Part shown: piece by piece, positions 56,377 to 64,000 of the stretch | Layout: the number at the start of each line of letters is the position of its first letter | Position numbering within the stretch: position 1 is the stretch's first letter | Source of the DNA: Bdellovibrionota bacterium | GTDB lineage: Bacteria > Bdellovibrionota_C > UBA2361 > OMII01 | Direction of reading: 5' to 3' | Assembly (NCBI GenBank): GCA_044337105.1 | Contig: JBIIOE010000004.1 | Span: 3,172 to 67,171 of the forward strand | DNA: 64,000 bases | Translations under genes and position numbers: made by a program | Notes under the pieces: model-generated | The model's input: only the letters and a program-made list of their open reading frames with translations | Told to the model about the DNA's origin: nothing | Database searches by the model: none

Positions 56377-56811
56377 CTATTTCCTGTCTAGCTTTGCGTC
56401 CATGGACCACGGACCCGCTCCGACGACAAGCAAGAAAAGGAGGCTCATCAGCATGCTCCAGTCCGTCCGTGCATCGTGAGCCATCTTCCAGAAGCCATCT
56501 CTGAGAAGTATTGGTGGCTTGGTAGAAGCGATCGCCACGAGCATAATCCCAAGCAACACCCCACACGTCGGTCGAGTCAGTAATCCCAGCAGCAGTAGGA
56601 TACCGCCTAGGATCTCACATCCCCCTACAAGCGGCGCGAGAAGATCGGGAGAAGGAATTCCGATCTTCGCGAAGCGACCTATTCCAAGCTCGGCAGGAAA
56701 GAGAAACTTTTGGATCCCTTCGGACAGGAAGACAACCCCTACAATTATCCGTATCAGGATGACGGCCCGAGGTGCATGAGTTGTATAGAGGCTGCGAAGC
56801 TCGACTTTCAT
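56377..56811 (-). CDS. DoxX-family membrane protein
   Basis: 144 aa with four TM helices. RIIVGVVFLSEGIQKF and GGCEILGGILLLLGLLTR are DoxX-like. Confidence 0.7.
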   Translation of the reverse strand: MKVELRSLYTTHAPRAVILIRIIVGVVFLSEGIQKFLFPAELGIGRFAKIGIPSPDLLAPLVGGCEILGGILLLLGLLTRPTCGVLLGIMLVAIASTKPPILLRDGFWKMAHDARTDWSMLMSLLFLLVVGAGPWSMDAKLDRK

Positions 56812-57146
56812 ACAAGTGCCCTTTCGTGGGACGAACTGGAGTGGGATTCCCGAACTCCGGAGTCCGTCCCAGCTCTAACGCGCTTTTAGGCACCGATGCA
56901 ACATTGAGAGTGCGTCAAAGTCGGGAGAAAAGCATGAGGAATATCTACCCAACCCCCACTTTCTCGCGGCGGGTAGGTTTTGCCTTGCTTCCTCAGGTCA
57001 GTATTCGAGATGTGGGCGAGATACGATCTCTCCGTCGTCAAAAGAACAGGGAATTGACCAGCCCGCAGAGGTTGCTATAAAGCCCAGGCAGAGCGTGATA
57101 GTGCGCATACAACCTTTATTCGCTCAACTATGTTAGTGGTTCAACT

Positions 57147-57854
57147 ATGAAAACCAAGTATGCAGTAATCATAGGCGCAAGTCGTGGTATCGGACAGGCA
57201 ATCGCCAGCACGTTGGCGCGTAAGGGGTACACGGCGGTTCTAGTAGGCCGATCGAGGGATGGTCTCGAAGAGACAGCGAACCTTTGCGAAGCTCATGGAG
57301 GTGCCAAGGTCGTAGTCGGTGACATCACGACTGATCTTCCTCGTATCGTTCGTGAGATTCAGGAGATCACGCCAGAGGTACATTTCCTCTGGCTCGGTGC
57401 CGCTGGTTACAGCGAAGATCCCGTATCCCGTCTGGAACCGACTTCGATTCGGGACCTCGTTCGTTCTGGGTTCGAATCGCTGGTAGAAACAGTTCACTCT
57501 CTGTATCCCTTGCTGATCGAGGGCCGTGGTCACATCGTCGGAGCCTGTTCCGATTGGTCTGACTTTCGTTCAGGGGGGCCGAGTGTGTTTGGTTCTACGA
57601 AAGTAGCCCTTGCCGGATTCCTCGACAAACTGCGAGATGAAGCGAAGAGCGACGGCATACGTGTTTCCGCCCTCAAGATGGGAAATGTTGGCAATCTCGG
57701 GGGATTCGGGCTTGCGGATCTCGAGCGGCAGCAACGAGAAACAGGAACTCGATTGGTAGCGCTACAAGATGTGTGCGATGCGATTGAGTTCATCATATCT
57801 CGCAACACCGGAACGGTGTCCGAGCTGACATTGGTGCCGGCGGATGTGGCTTAG
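57147..57854 (+). CDS. Short-chain dehydrogenase/reductase (SDR)
   Basis: VIIGASRGIGQAIA is the cofactor-binding motif. The length is about 235 aa. Confidence 0.8.
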   Translation: MKTKYAVIIGASRGIGQAIASTLARKGYTAVLVGRSRDGLEETANLCEAHGGAKVVVGDITTDLPRIVREIQEITPEVHFLWLGAAGYSEDPVSRLEPTSIRDLVRSGFESLVETVHSLYPLLIEGRGHIVGACSDWSDFRSGGPSVFGSTKVALAGFLDKLRDEAKSDGIRVSALKMGNVGNLGGFGLADLERQQRETGTRLVALQDVCDAIEFIISRNTGTVSELTLVPADVA

Positions 57855-57866
57855 TTGGCGCTGCTG

Positions 57867-58808
57867 ATGAAGATCGTTGTTATTGATAGCGCCACATGCG
57901 GACATGGCGGGCTCTCATGGGACGCGATAAGTTCATTGGGAGAGGTCGCTCTACACCCGCGCACGAGCGAGGACGAGATACTCTCTCGCATGCAGGGTGC
58001 GCGCTGTGTGCTGACGAACAAAGTGCCGTTCTCGAGGAAAACTATCGAGTCCTTGCCCCTGCTAAAGTACATAGGGGTGACTGCTACTGGATATAATATT
58101 GTCGATGTCGACGCAGCTCGCGAGGTCGGGATCGCCGTTACGAACGTCCCCGCCTACTCGACAACATCGGTGACGCAGCATGTATTCGCTCTAGTGCTCT
58201 CGGTGTACTCGCAAGTTCACCGATACGACCACCTCGGACGAGGGGGCGCGTGGTCGCGCAGCCGCGATTTTTGCGTTTTAGACGACAAGCTCGAGGAGCT
58301 CGCGGGCCAAACCATAGGGATCATCGGGTATGGGAACATTGGGAGGCGGATTGCAGCCGTAGCAGAGGCTTTCGGTATGAGCGTGCTAATCCACTCTCGC
58401 TCTGAACTCGGACTTCCCAGCCAAGTTCCGCTCGCACGCTTGTTAGAACGCTCGGATATCGTCACCCTGCACTGCCCGCTATTTCCGGAGACTCGTAAGA
58501 TGGTTAATGCTGAGTTTCTGAATTCGATGAAACGTTCGGCGATCCTCGTGAACACTGCTCGTGGAGGGCTAGTCAATGAAGACGCGCTTTATACGGCCCT
58601 GTCGCAGAGAATCATTCGTCACGCCTGTCTTGATGTCTTGGAAACAGAGCCGCCGCTGATCGCGAATCGATTGCTGACTCTCGGGAATATCACCGTGACG
58701 CCGCACGTTGCCTGGGCCAGCGACGTTGCACGCCAGAGGTTAATCGACGAGTCGATTGAAAATCTCCGCGTTTTTATGCAGGGAGGCGCACGAAATCGTA
58801 TCGTGTAG
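57867..58808 (+). CDS. D-isomer-specific 2-hydroxyacid dehydrogenase (glycerate/hydroxypyruvate reductase-like)
   Basis: GIIGYGNIGRRIA is the NAD motif. LVNTARGGLV and TPHVAW are the catalytic blocks. Confidence 0.85.
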   Translation: MKIVVIDSATCGHGGLSWDAISSLGEVALHPRTSEDEILSRMQGARCVLTNKVPFSRKTIESLPLLKYIGVTATGYNIVDVDAAREVGIAVTNVPAYSTTSVTQHVFALVLSVYSQVHRYDHLGRGGAWSRSRDFCVLDDKLEELAGQTIGIIGYGNIGRRIAAVAEAFGMSVLIHSRSELGLPSQVPLARLLERSDIVTLHCPLFPETRKMVNAEFLNSMKRSAILVNTARGGLVNEDALYTALSQRIIRHACLDVLETEPPLIANRLLTLGNITVTPHVAWASDVARQRLIDESIENLRVFMQGGARNRIV

Positions 58809-58820
58809 TGTGAGGGGGTA

Positions 58821-59906
58821 TTAGTAAGCGAGGTTGCTGAGCTTAACTACCTTGTTTTGACTGGTGGCTCCTCTGACGATGCCGTCACTATCAAGCTTGT
58901 AATGGCCTGTGAGGCCCTTAAAAGAGATGCCGAAGAGATTTTTCTGAAACTCCTCAGGTGAGCCACTCCTTTCGAGAGCTTTGAGCACGAGCGTCATAGC
59001 ATCGTATCCTAGGGCTACAAAGAGGGGCTGGGACGGTGCTTGTCCATACTGTTGCTTGTAGAGGCGCTCTATTTCTTGGAACTCTTCTGAGTTTGAGTCC
59101 CAATCCAAACAGTACAGGTCCAGGCTGGTTTTGCCGGCATTGCTCAAGAACCCGGGGCTCGTAAAGCTAGCTAAGCCAAAGATCGCCGGGAGAAAACCAA
59201 CGTTATTGGATTGCTTTACAAAGAGCCCTGCCTCGTCCCAACCGATCAGAAGCACCGTATCTACGTTGAGACGCTTCATCCTGATGATCGACGCTCGGAA
59301 ATCTGAGGATGCTGGGTTGTACCCCTCGACGAGGACTATCTTGCCAGCGTAGCTGTCTTTGAATGCGTTGACGATTAGCTGCGTGAAGCTCTCGCCCTGG
59401 TTGTAAAATACAGCGACTCGCTGTGCTTTGTGATTCGAGATAGCTTTCGCAAAATTAGCACCGTGCCCATCGGCATAGTAACCGAGACCCAGAGTAAGCT
59501 CGCCAGCCTTGGCGATCTCGCTGCTGGCATCAAGGCTATTTGCGATGAGAACCCTGTCGCGATCGGCTTTCGGAGCGAGAGCCAGCACTCCGTTGTAGGT
59601 TGGCGAGAGTACAATCAAGGGCCTTTCGGCCTTGAGTTTCTCATAGGCGCTGACCGAGTTTTTGACTGTAAATTGGTCGTCTTCGACGATCAGTTTTATC
59701 CGATCTGCCTTAAATGCTCGAATCGCTAACTCAATCCCTCTCAGGTTCTGTTCGCCTAAAGATGCCACAGGTCCCGAAAGCGGCCCGAACCAACCGACAG
59801 TTACCACGGCCTCAGCGCCCTTAAGAGTTTGCGCCTGTAGGGGAGCCACAGCGATAAGCATAGCGGCCCAAAAATAGGCTGCTTTACACCAGGTGTTCAT
59901 AATCAT
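58821..59906 (-). CDS. ABC transporter periplasmic substrate-binding protein (LivK/branched-chain amino-acid type)
   Basis: A signal peptide ending in AVAPLQAQ. The VGWFGPLSGPVASLGEQ N-terminus is typical of the Leu/Ile/Val-binding family. Confidence 0.75.
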   Translation of the reverse strand: MIMNTWCKAAYFWAAMLIAVAPLQAQTLKGAEAVVTVGWFGPLSGPVASLGEQNLRGIELAIRAFKADRIKLIVEDDQFTVKNSVSAYEKLKAERPLIVLSPTYNGVLALAPKADRDRVLIANSLDASSEIAKAGELTLGLGYYADGHGANFAKAISNHKAQRVAVFYNQGESFTQLIVNAFKDSYAGKIVLVEGYNPASSDFRASIIRMKRLNVDTVLLIGWDEAGLFVKQSNNVGFLPAIFGLASFTSPGFLSNAGKTSLDLYCLDWDSNSEEFQEIERLYKQQYGQAPSQPLFVALGYDAMTLVLKALERSGSPEEFQKNLFGISFKGLTGHYKLDSDGIVRGATSQNKVVKLSNLAY

Positions 59907-59930
59907 ACGCGCGTCACTTTCATAGCTCTC

Positions 59931-61166
59931 TTAGTCTATCGCAGCCAATTTCAGAACTGTATGGAGCAAGACATTGGCGCCATTGATACAATCATCGTCG
60001 GTCGAAAACTCGCGAGGGTTGTGACTGACGCCTCTCGCAGAAGGAACAAAAAACATGACCGTTTGCGTGAAATCTGCGAGTGCCTGAGAGTCATGTCCTG
60101 CGAAGCTCATCAGGCGCGTGTGTGAGAGATTGAGGGAGTCAGCGGCACGTTCGACGGCGTGCATGAAATGCTCGGACATCAGGGCGGGCTGCTTCTTCTC
60201 TATGAACTGCGCCTCCACCTGTAGTCCGTATTCAGTTGCGACCTGTGAGGCTAGTTCGAGTAACGCATGCTCGAGTGCCTCGAATTGAGCAGGAACGCCG
60301 TGCCGAAATTCCATACCGAGGATGGCTTCGTTCGGAATAATGTTAAACGTGCCGGGGCTCACAGAGATCAATCCAAAATTAACCACCCCCGGCGAGTATT
60401 CATCAATAACCAGGCGTCTGGCACGTTCCGAAAACACAGCAGCTCCTTGAAAGGCGTCTTTGCGCCGATGCATGGGCGTTGTTCCTGCGTGTCCAGCCTC
60501 CCCGACGAATCGCATGCGATACGAGCTCAGGCCAACGATAGCAGGAACGATACCTATGTTTACGTTGCCCTCCTCGAGGCGCGTGCCCTGTTCGATGTGA
60601 ACCTCGACATATCCATAGATACTCGAAGGTGAGCGCTTAGCGCTCAGCATAGATTCGTCACTGAGTCCGAGTAGGCGCTGTCCCTTCAGCAGATTCTCTC
60701 GACCGCCGCGAGGATTTTCGAGGTGGGAGAGAGAGAGCTTTCCAGCGATCGCCGAGCTGCCCAATAGACCGAGAAGGCTACCCTCTTCATCAGTGAAGTT
60801 GATTACCTCGAGGTCGAAGGGGAGTTTAGCTCCTGATTCGCGCAGTGTCCTTAGGACCTCGTATGCTGCCAGTACCCCCAGGACCCCATCAAAGCGCCCC
60901 CCGTAGATCACGCTGTCGAGATGCGATCCTATCAGGAGCGTCTTTGCCTGAGGAGAGGTGCTCCGCAAAATAGCCGATTGGTTCCCAGCACCATCAAATC
61001 GATATTCGAACCCATCCGCTTCAATCATCTTTTGGAACCAGCCTCGAATGGCTTGGTCAGCGGAGCTCAGCGCCGGGCGAGATACGCCGCCGTCACCGGT
61101 GTCGCCGAACTGAACCTGCTCGCCGAGTGTCTTTAGGAATCGTTCTGTGTTGATCGTCTTCGTCAT
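59931..61166 (-). CDS. M20-family Zn-dependent amidohydrolase (allantoate amidohydrolase / N-carbamoyl-L-amino-acid hydrolase type)
   Basis: GSHLDSVIYGGRFDGVLGVLAAYEVLRTL and the FTDEEGS metal-site motifs are present. ATG 61166 gives the typical MTKTIN...RF N-terminus. Confidence 0.8.
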   Translation of the reverse strand: MTKTINTERFLKTLGEQVQFGDTGDGGVSRPALSSADQAIRGWFQKMIEADGFEYRFDGAGNQSAILRSTSPQAKTLLIGSHLDSVIYGGRFDGVLGVLAAYEVLRTLRESGAKLPFDLEVINFTDEEGSLLGLLGSSAIAGKLSLSHLENPRGGRENLLKGQRLLGLSDESMLSAKRSPSSIYGYVEVHIEQGTRLEEGNVNIGIVPAIVGLSSYRMRFVGEAGHAGTTPMHRRKDAFQGAAVFSERARRLVIDEYSPGVVNFGLISVSPGTFNIIPNEAILGMEFRHGVPAQFEALEHALLELASQVATEYGLQVEAQFIEKKQPALMSEHFMHAVERAADSLNLSHTRLMSFAGHDSQALADFTQTVMFFVPSARGVSHNPREFSTDDDCINGANVLLHTVLKLAAID

Positions 61167-61211
61167 AGGAGCTGTTGAGTAGTTATGCAGTAGAATCAAT
61201 TGAATGATCGG

Positions 61212-61565
61212 TCATACACGCGGACATGTACGCGCGTATTCCGTGACCTGTTCAACTGTTTCGAACCATGGGTTGGGATTCACCACCGAAACCCGCGACA
61301 GACGATCTATGAAATCATCATGACCATCGCCAGACGCCTCCAAAATATAGCTCCCGGAGGCCACCCATCCAACACCTAGCGTGCGACCTTCCCTATTGGG
61401 GGTAATGAATCGTGGTAGCATGGTACGAATCTGGGAGTCGAAAAATGCATATGCCCCGTTCTCTACGTCTACTCCTTCGTACGCCCCATTGAGATTAGTG
61501 CTCGGATCGACAACATCGAGTGAGGAATCATCGAGAAATACGAAGATGAAATCAGGCACTTTCAT
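61212..61565 (-). CDS. Hypothetical protein (117 aa)
   Basis: An ORF with an ATG start directly upstream of the amidohydrolase gene. No recognisable family. Confidence 0.45.
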   Translation of the reverse strand: MKVPDFIFVFLDDSSLDVVDPSTNLNGAYEGVDVENGAYAFFDSQIRTMLPRFITPNREGRTLGVGWVASGSYILEASGDGHDDFIDRLSRVSVVNPNPWFETVEQVTEYARTCPRV

Positions 61566-61794
61566 TGTAAACTCTTCTAGTTACGAGACGGAGCAGTGGA
61601 TTTGAGGGGGGGGCAAGAGTCAAACCAGCGCGCTTATAGCTTAGTCGACACCGAAACGGTGTTCCTATTGAGTGATTTAGGGTCTTTTAATTATTCTTGC
61701 TACCGGTAGGTTTTACCTCTTTTCCTTCGGTAAGCGTTCGACGACATAAAGTAGAGACCTTCCACGACGAGACTACGAGCATGCTGGCATAGTG

Positions 61795-62862
61795 ATGCGA
61801 CTTCAATCATTCCCATCAACTCGACAACCTCTTCAACCAATAGATGTGCGGCAGCACCTGACAGATTTGCGCAGAAGCCAGCTCGGGACTTCTAAGTTCG
61901 TTGGAGCGGTCAAAGAGTTGTCGGAGTCACAGAGCAAGACTCTGAATACCTTTCTCGAGAGCAATTCCGAGTGCATCGCTGGTCAACAGGTTAATCCCCG
62001 ATTCCGTGATGCGTGCGAGCGCTTGTTGTCTCGCTACTTGGAGCTTGCGCGTCGTCGAAATATGACGATTGAGCCGGTTGAGAACTGCATTCCTGTTTTT
62101 CAGGAGCTGGCGAAGGAGCTTCGACACAACTGTGTAACGTTCAAGTTGCCGCCGGAGAGGCTTGTCACGGCGACCCTTCTCAGCGAGCAGCCGCTGGGTG
62201 ACCTGTCAGAGGACAAGAGGCTCGCTCCCTTTTTTCGTCGATTCCGTGGCCTTGTAGCTCGAGCGGTCACGAGCAATCCGTCTGACCCTCACGGATATCT
62301 GCACGATCTGTATTCTCGATTCTCGACATGTGAAACGCAGGAAGCTCGACATGAGGTTCTACCACTCACCGCACCTACCCTGCTCTTTGTGGCCAAGACT
62401 TCGCGAGATCTTGCTCCCTTGGAGCGGCTGGCGTTATTTCGAGCCGAGCTGAAATCGTTGCTCGAAGCGAAGGAATTTCAGCCGCTTTTTGAGCTCTTCC
62501 TCAAAGACTCCGCCCGTAGCAGATTTCTCGAAAGCCTCTTGATTCGTTTGAAGGCGAAGAAATGTCGCCCATTTCTGAACGAGACAGCGAGACTCTACCA
62601 GGAGATCGCTGATGATAGTTCCTTCTCGAAGCTCCTGCCGCGTCGCGCCGATATCCTTGTTGCAGTGCTCCGGCACGGTGATAAGGCCAAGGCGTTCCTC
62701 ACAGGGATGTTGGCGCAGGAGGTTCGTATCACGGAGTTAGCGCAGCGTTGTGGTGAGCCGCTGACCGCCAAGGATATACGGGTTCTCTGCCTTCGAACGC
62801 CTCTCAAGGCGCACAATATGGAGGCGCAACTACGTGAGAAGTGTCCTCGGAATGCAGGATAA
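61795..62862 (+). CDS. Hypothetical, predicted all-helical protein (about 355 aa)
   Basis: A long ORF with no signal peptide and no recognisable motif. Leu/Arg/Glu-rich. Confidence 0.5.
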   Translation: MRLQSFPSTRQPLQPIDVRQHLTDLRRSQLGTSKFVGAVKELSESQSKTLNTFLESNSECIAGQQVNPRFRDACERLLSRYLELARRRNMTIEPVENCIPVFQELAKELRHNCVTFKLPPERLVTATLLSEQPLGDLSEDKRLAPFFRRFRGLVARAVTSNPSDPHGYLHDLYSRFSTCETQEARHEVLPLTAPTLLFVAKTSRDLAPLERLALFRAELKSLLEAKEFQPLFELFLKDSARSRFLESLLIRLKAKKCRPFLNETARLYQEIADDSSFSKLLPRRADILVAVLRHGDKAKAFLTGMLAQEVRITELAQRCGEPLTAKDIRVLCLRTPLKAHNMEAQLREKCPRNAG

Positions 62863-62870
62863 GAGATCTG

Positions 62871-64000
62871 TTAGCCTACCTGAGCGACTGCCTTGGTCTT
62901 AGTCGGTGTCGAGATCTCCGCCCCAAAGTATCGACTCGCAAGCACGTCCGCAGCGTACTCCGCTCCGGCCTTAAGTTCCTTTATAATCGGGCGCTGGCGC
63001 TCTTGAAGCGCTAAACGAGCATCCCAAGCTTCAGCCAACTTTGCTCCGAGGTTTTCAGATGTCAACGAGGCTAGCTCTAATCCGTAGTCCTCGCATTTGA
63101 GAAGTCTTAGGTAGCCGCGTACCTTAGGAGCATAGATCAGACCTACCACTGGGATCTCGACCGAAGAAGCCAAGACGATCGAGTGAAAGCGCATACCTAC
63201 TAGGAGACCACACCGTCCCAGTACTGCCTGAATGTCGTGGCTTAAGTACGTGGTGTTGGTGAGCACCTTGCCGTTTACCATCGACGCGAGCTCGTTGCAG
63301 GTTCGCTCATCCATCGGATGCGTGCACACTATCAGAGGTTGAAAGGGTTGTTGCGCGGCCTGCTGCGCGCGAGAAATCGCCTCCGCAAGCATGGTCAGGA
63401 ATGATTGAGGGTTCTGTAGCCGCTCGTTTGGCTTGAGCCAGCTGTCGAGGTAGCTGGTGGCGTTTACGGCCAGTATCGGCTTCTCAGGATCGAGCCCTAT
63501 TTCGTTCAGAATGCGAACAGCAACGTTGTCAGATGAGACGGGATTGATGAACGCAGCGTCGCCTGTCAGTTCAATCGGCTGAGTTACACCGATCTCCTTG
63601 GCGAGCTTCTCGCTATCTCGCTCGCGCATCATGACGAGGTCACATCCGTTGATGGTCCACTTTGCGAAGAGTCTACTGATAGCGTTTTGAAAGGGCCCGA
63701 TGCCGCAGCTGTAGGCCACCATCTTGCAGCCAAAGAGGCGCGCGAGCGGCACCAAGAACACCAGGGTTATGAGATAATTGAATGCCGGATTGAATAGCTT
63801 CTTACCGAAGATGATGCCGTCACAGATCAGCGCACAGTCGCTCTTTGCGAAGCATCTGAGGGTGGGTAGCCCGAGCAGTCTGATGCTGAGGGTCCACGGC
63901 ATTACATTAATCGCTTTGACGTTGTATTTGTCGCCGTAGTGCTTCGTAACCCAGTCGGGGTTGATCGTCGGAACGAAGAACTCAGCATCGGGGTGTCTCT
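62871..64000 (-). CDS. Polysaccharide pyruvyl transferase family protein; the 5' end lies outside the window
   Basis: The frame stays open beyond the ATG at 63902 to the window edge. LICDGIIFGKKL...MVAYSCGIGPF and the C-terminal GMRFHSIVLA resemble CsaB/WcaK-type pyruvyl transferases. Confidence 0.65.
   Translation of the reverse strand, partial: RHPDAEFFVPTINPDWVTKHYGDKYNVKAINVMPWTLSIRLLGLPTLRCFAKSDCALICDGIIFGKKLFNPAFNYLITLVFLVPLARLFGCKMVAYSCGIGPFQNAISRLFAKWTINGCDLVMMRERDSEKLAKEIGVTQPIELTGDAAFINPVSSDNVAVRILNEIGLDPEKPILAVNATSYLDSWLKPNERLQNPQSFLTMLAEAISRAQQAAQQPFQPLIVCTHPMDERTCNELASMVNGKVLTNTTYLSHDIQAVLGRCGLLVGMRFHSIVLASSVEIPVVGLIYAPKVRGYLRLLKCEDYGLELASLTSENLGAKLAEAWDARLALQERQRPIIKELKAGAEYAADVLASRYFGAEISTPTKTKAVAQVG

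Overview
64-kb window from a moderately GC-rich, flagellated Gram-negative bacterium that appears to make menaquinone by the futalosine route (MqnC/MqnE-like radical SAM gene, UbiD-type decarboxylase). I support about 55 protein genes. Most are housekeeping: argS, typA, rsgA, ung, folC, a polyprenyl synthase, fbaB, cobB, trmJ, roxA, amt, dacB-like and rmlA. There are also two tandem short flagellins and an isolated fliG. I saw no rRNA, tRNA or CRISPR array. The most interesting signals are these. (1) A plasmid-type replication/partition module sits between essential genes: an RPA-family repA, then a 607-bp intergenic region with nine exact TCACGA hexamers and an AT-rich block, then parA-parB and two non-canonical 17-bp parS-like palindromes. 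Transcription diverges from this point, which suggests a chromid or non-DnaA origin, or else an integrated plasmid backbone. (2) A single ORF fuses an RRM RNA-binding domain to a full-length ribosomal protein bS18. (3) A Y1/HUH (RAYT-like) transposase gene is flanked by oppositely oriented arrays of a 16-nt REP-like motif. It lies in a 3.9-kb accessory patch that also holds an IS91 remnant and a DUF4143 ATPase, bracketed by long imperfect inverted repeats. (4) Two inverted copies of a roughly 180-bp palindromic MITE-like element, built from hexamer-periodic CGTGAA/TTCACG units, lie 9.4 kb apart; solo termini occur elsewhere. (5) There is a frameshifted IS30-family element, a 66-nt-unit hairpin tandem repeat, a 22-bp iteron-like array, and a REC-HisKA protein with no ATPase domain. 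All functional calls rest on motif recognition by eye in the supplied translations. No database search, HMM search, folding or skew computation was run.
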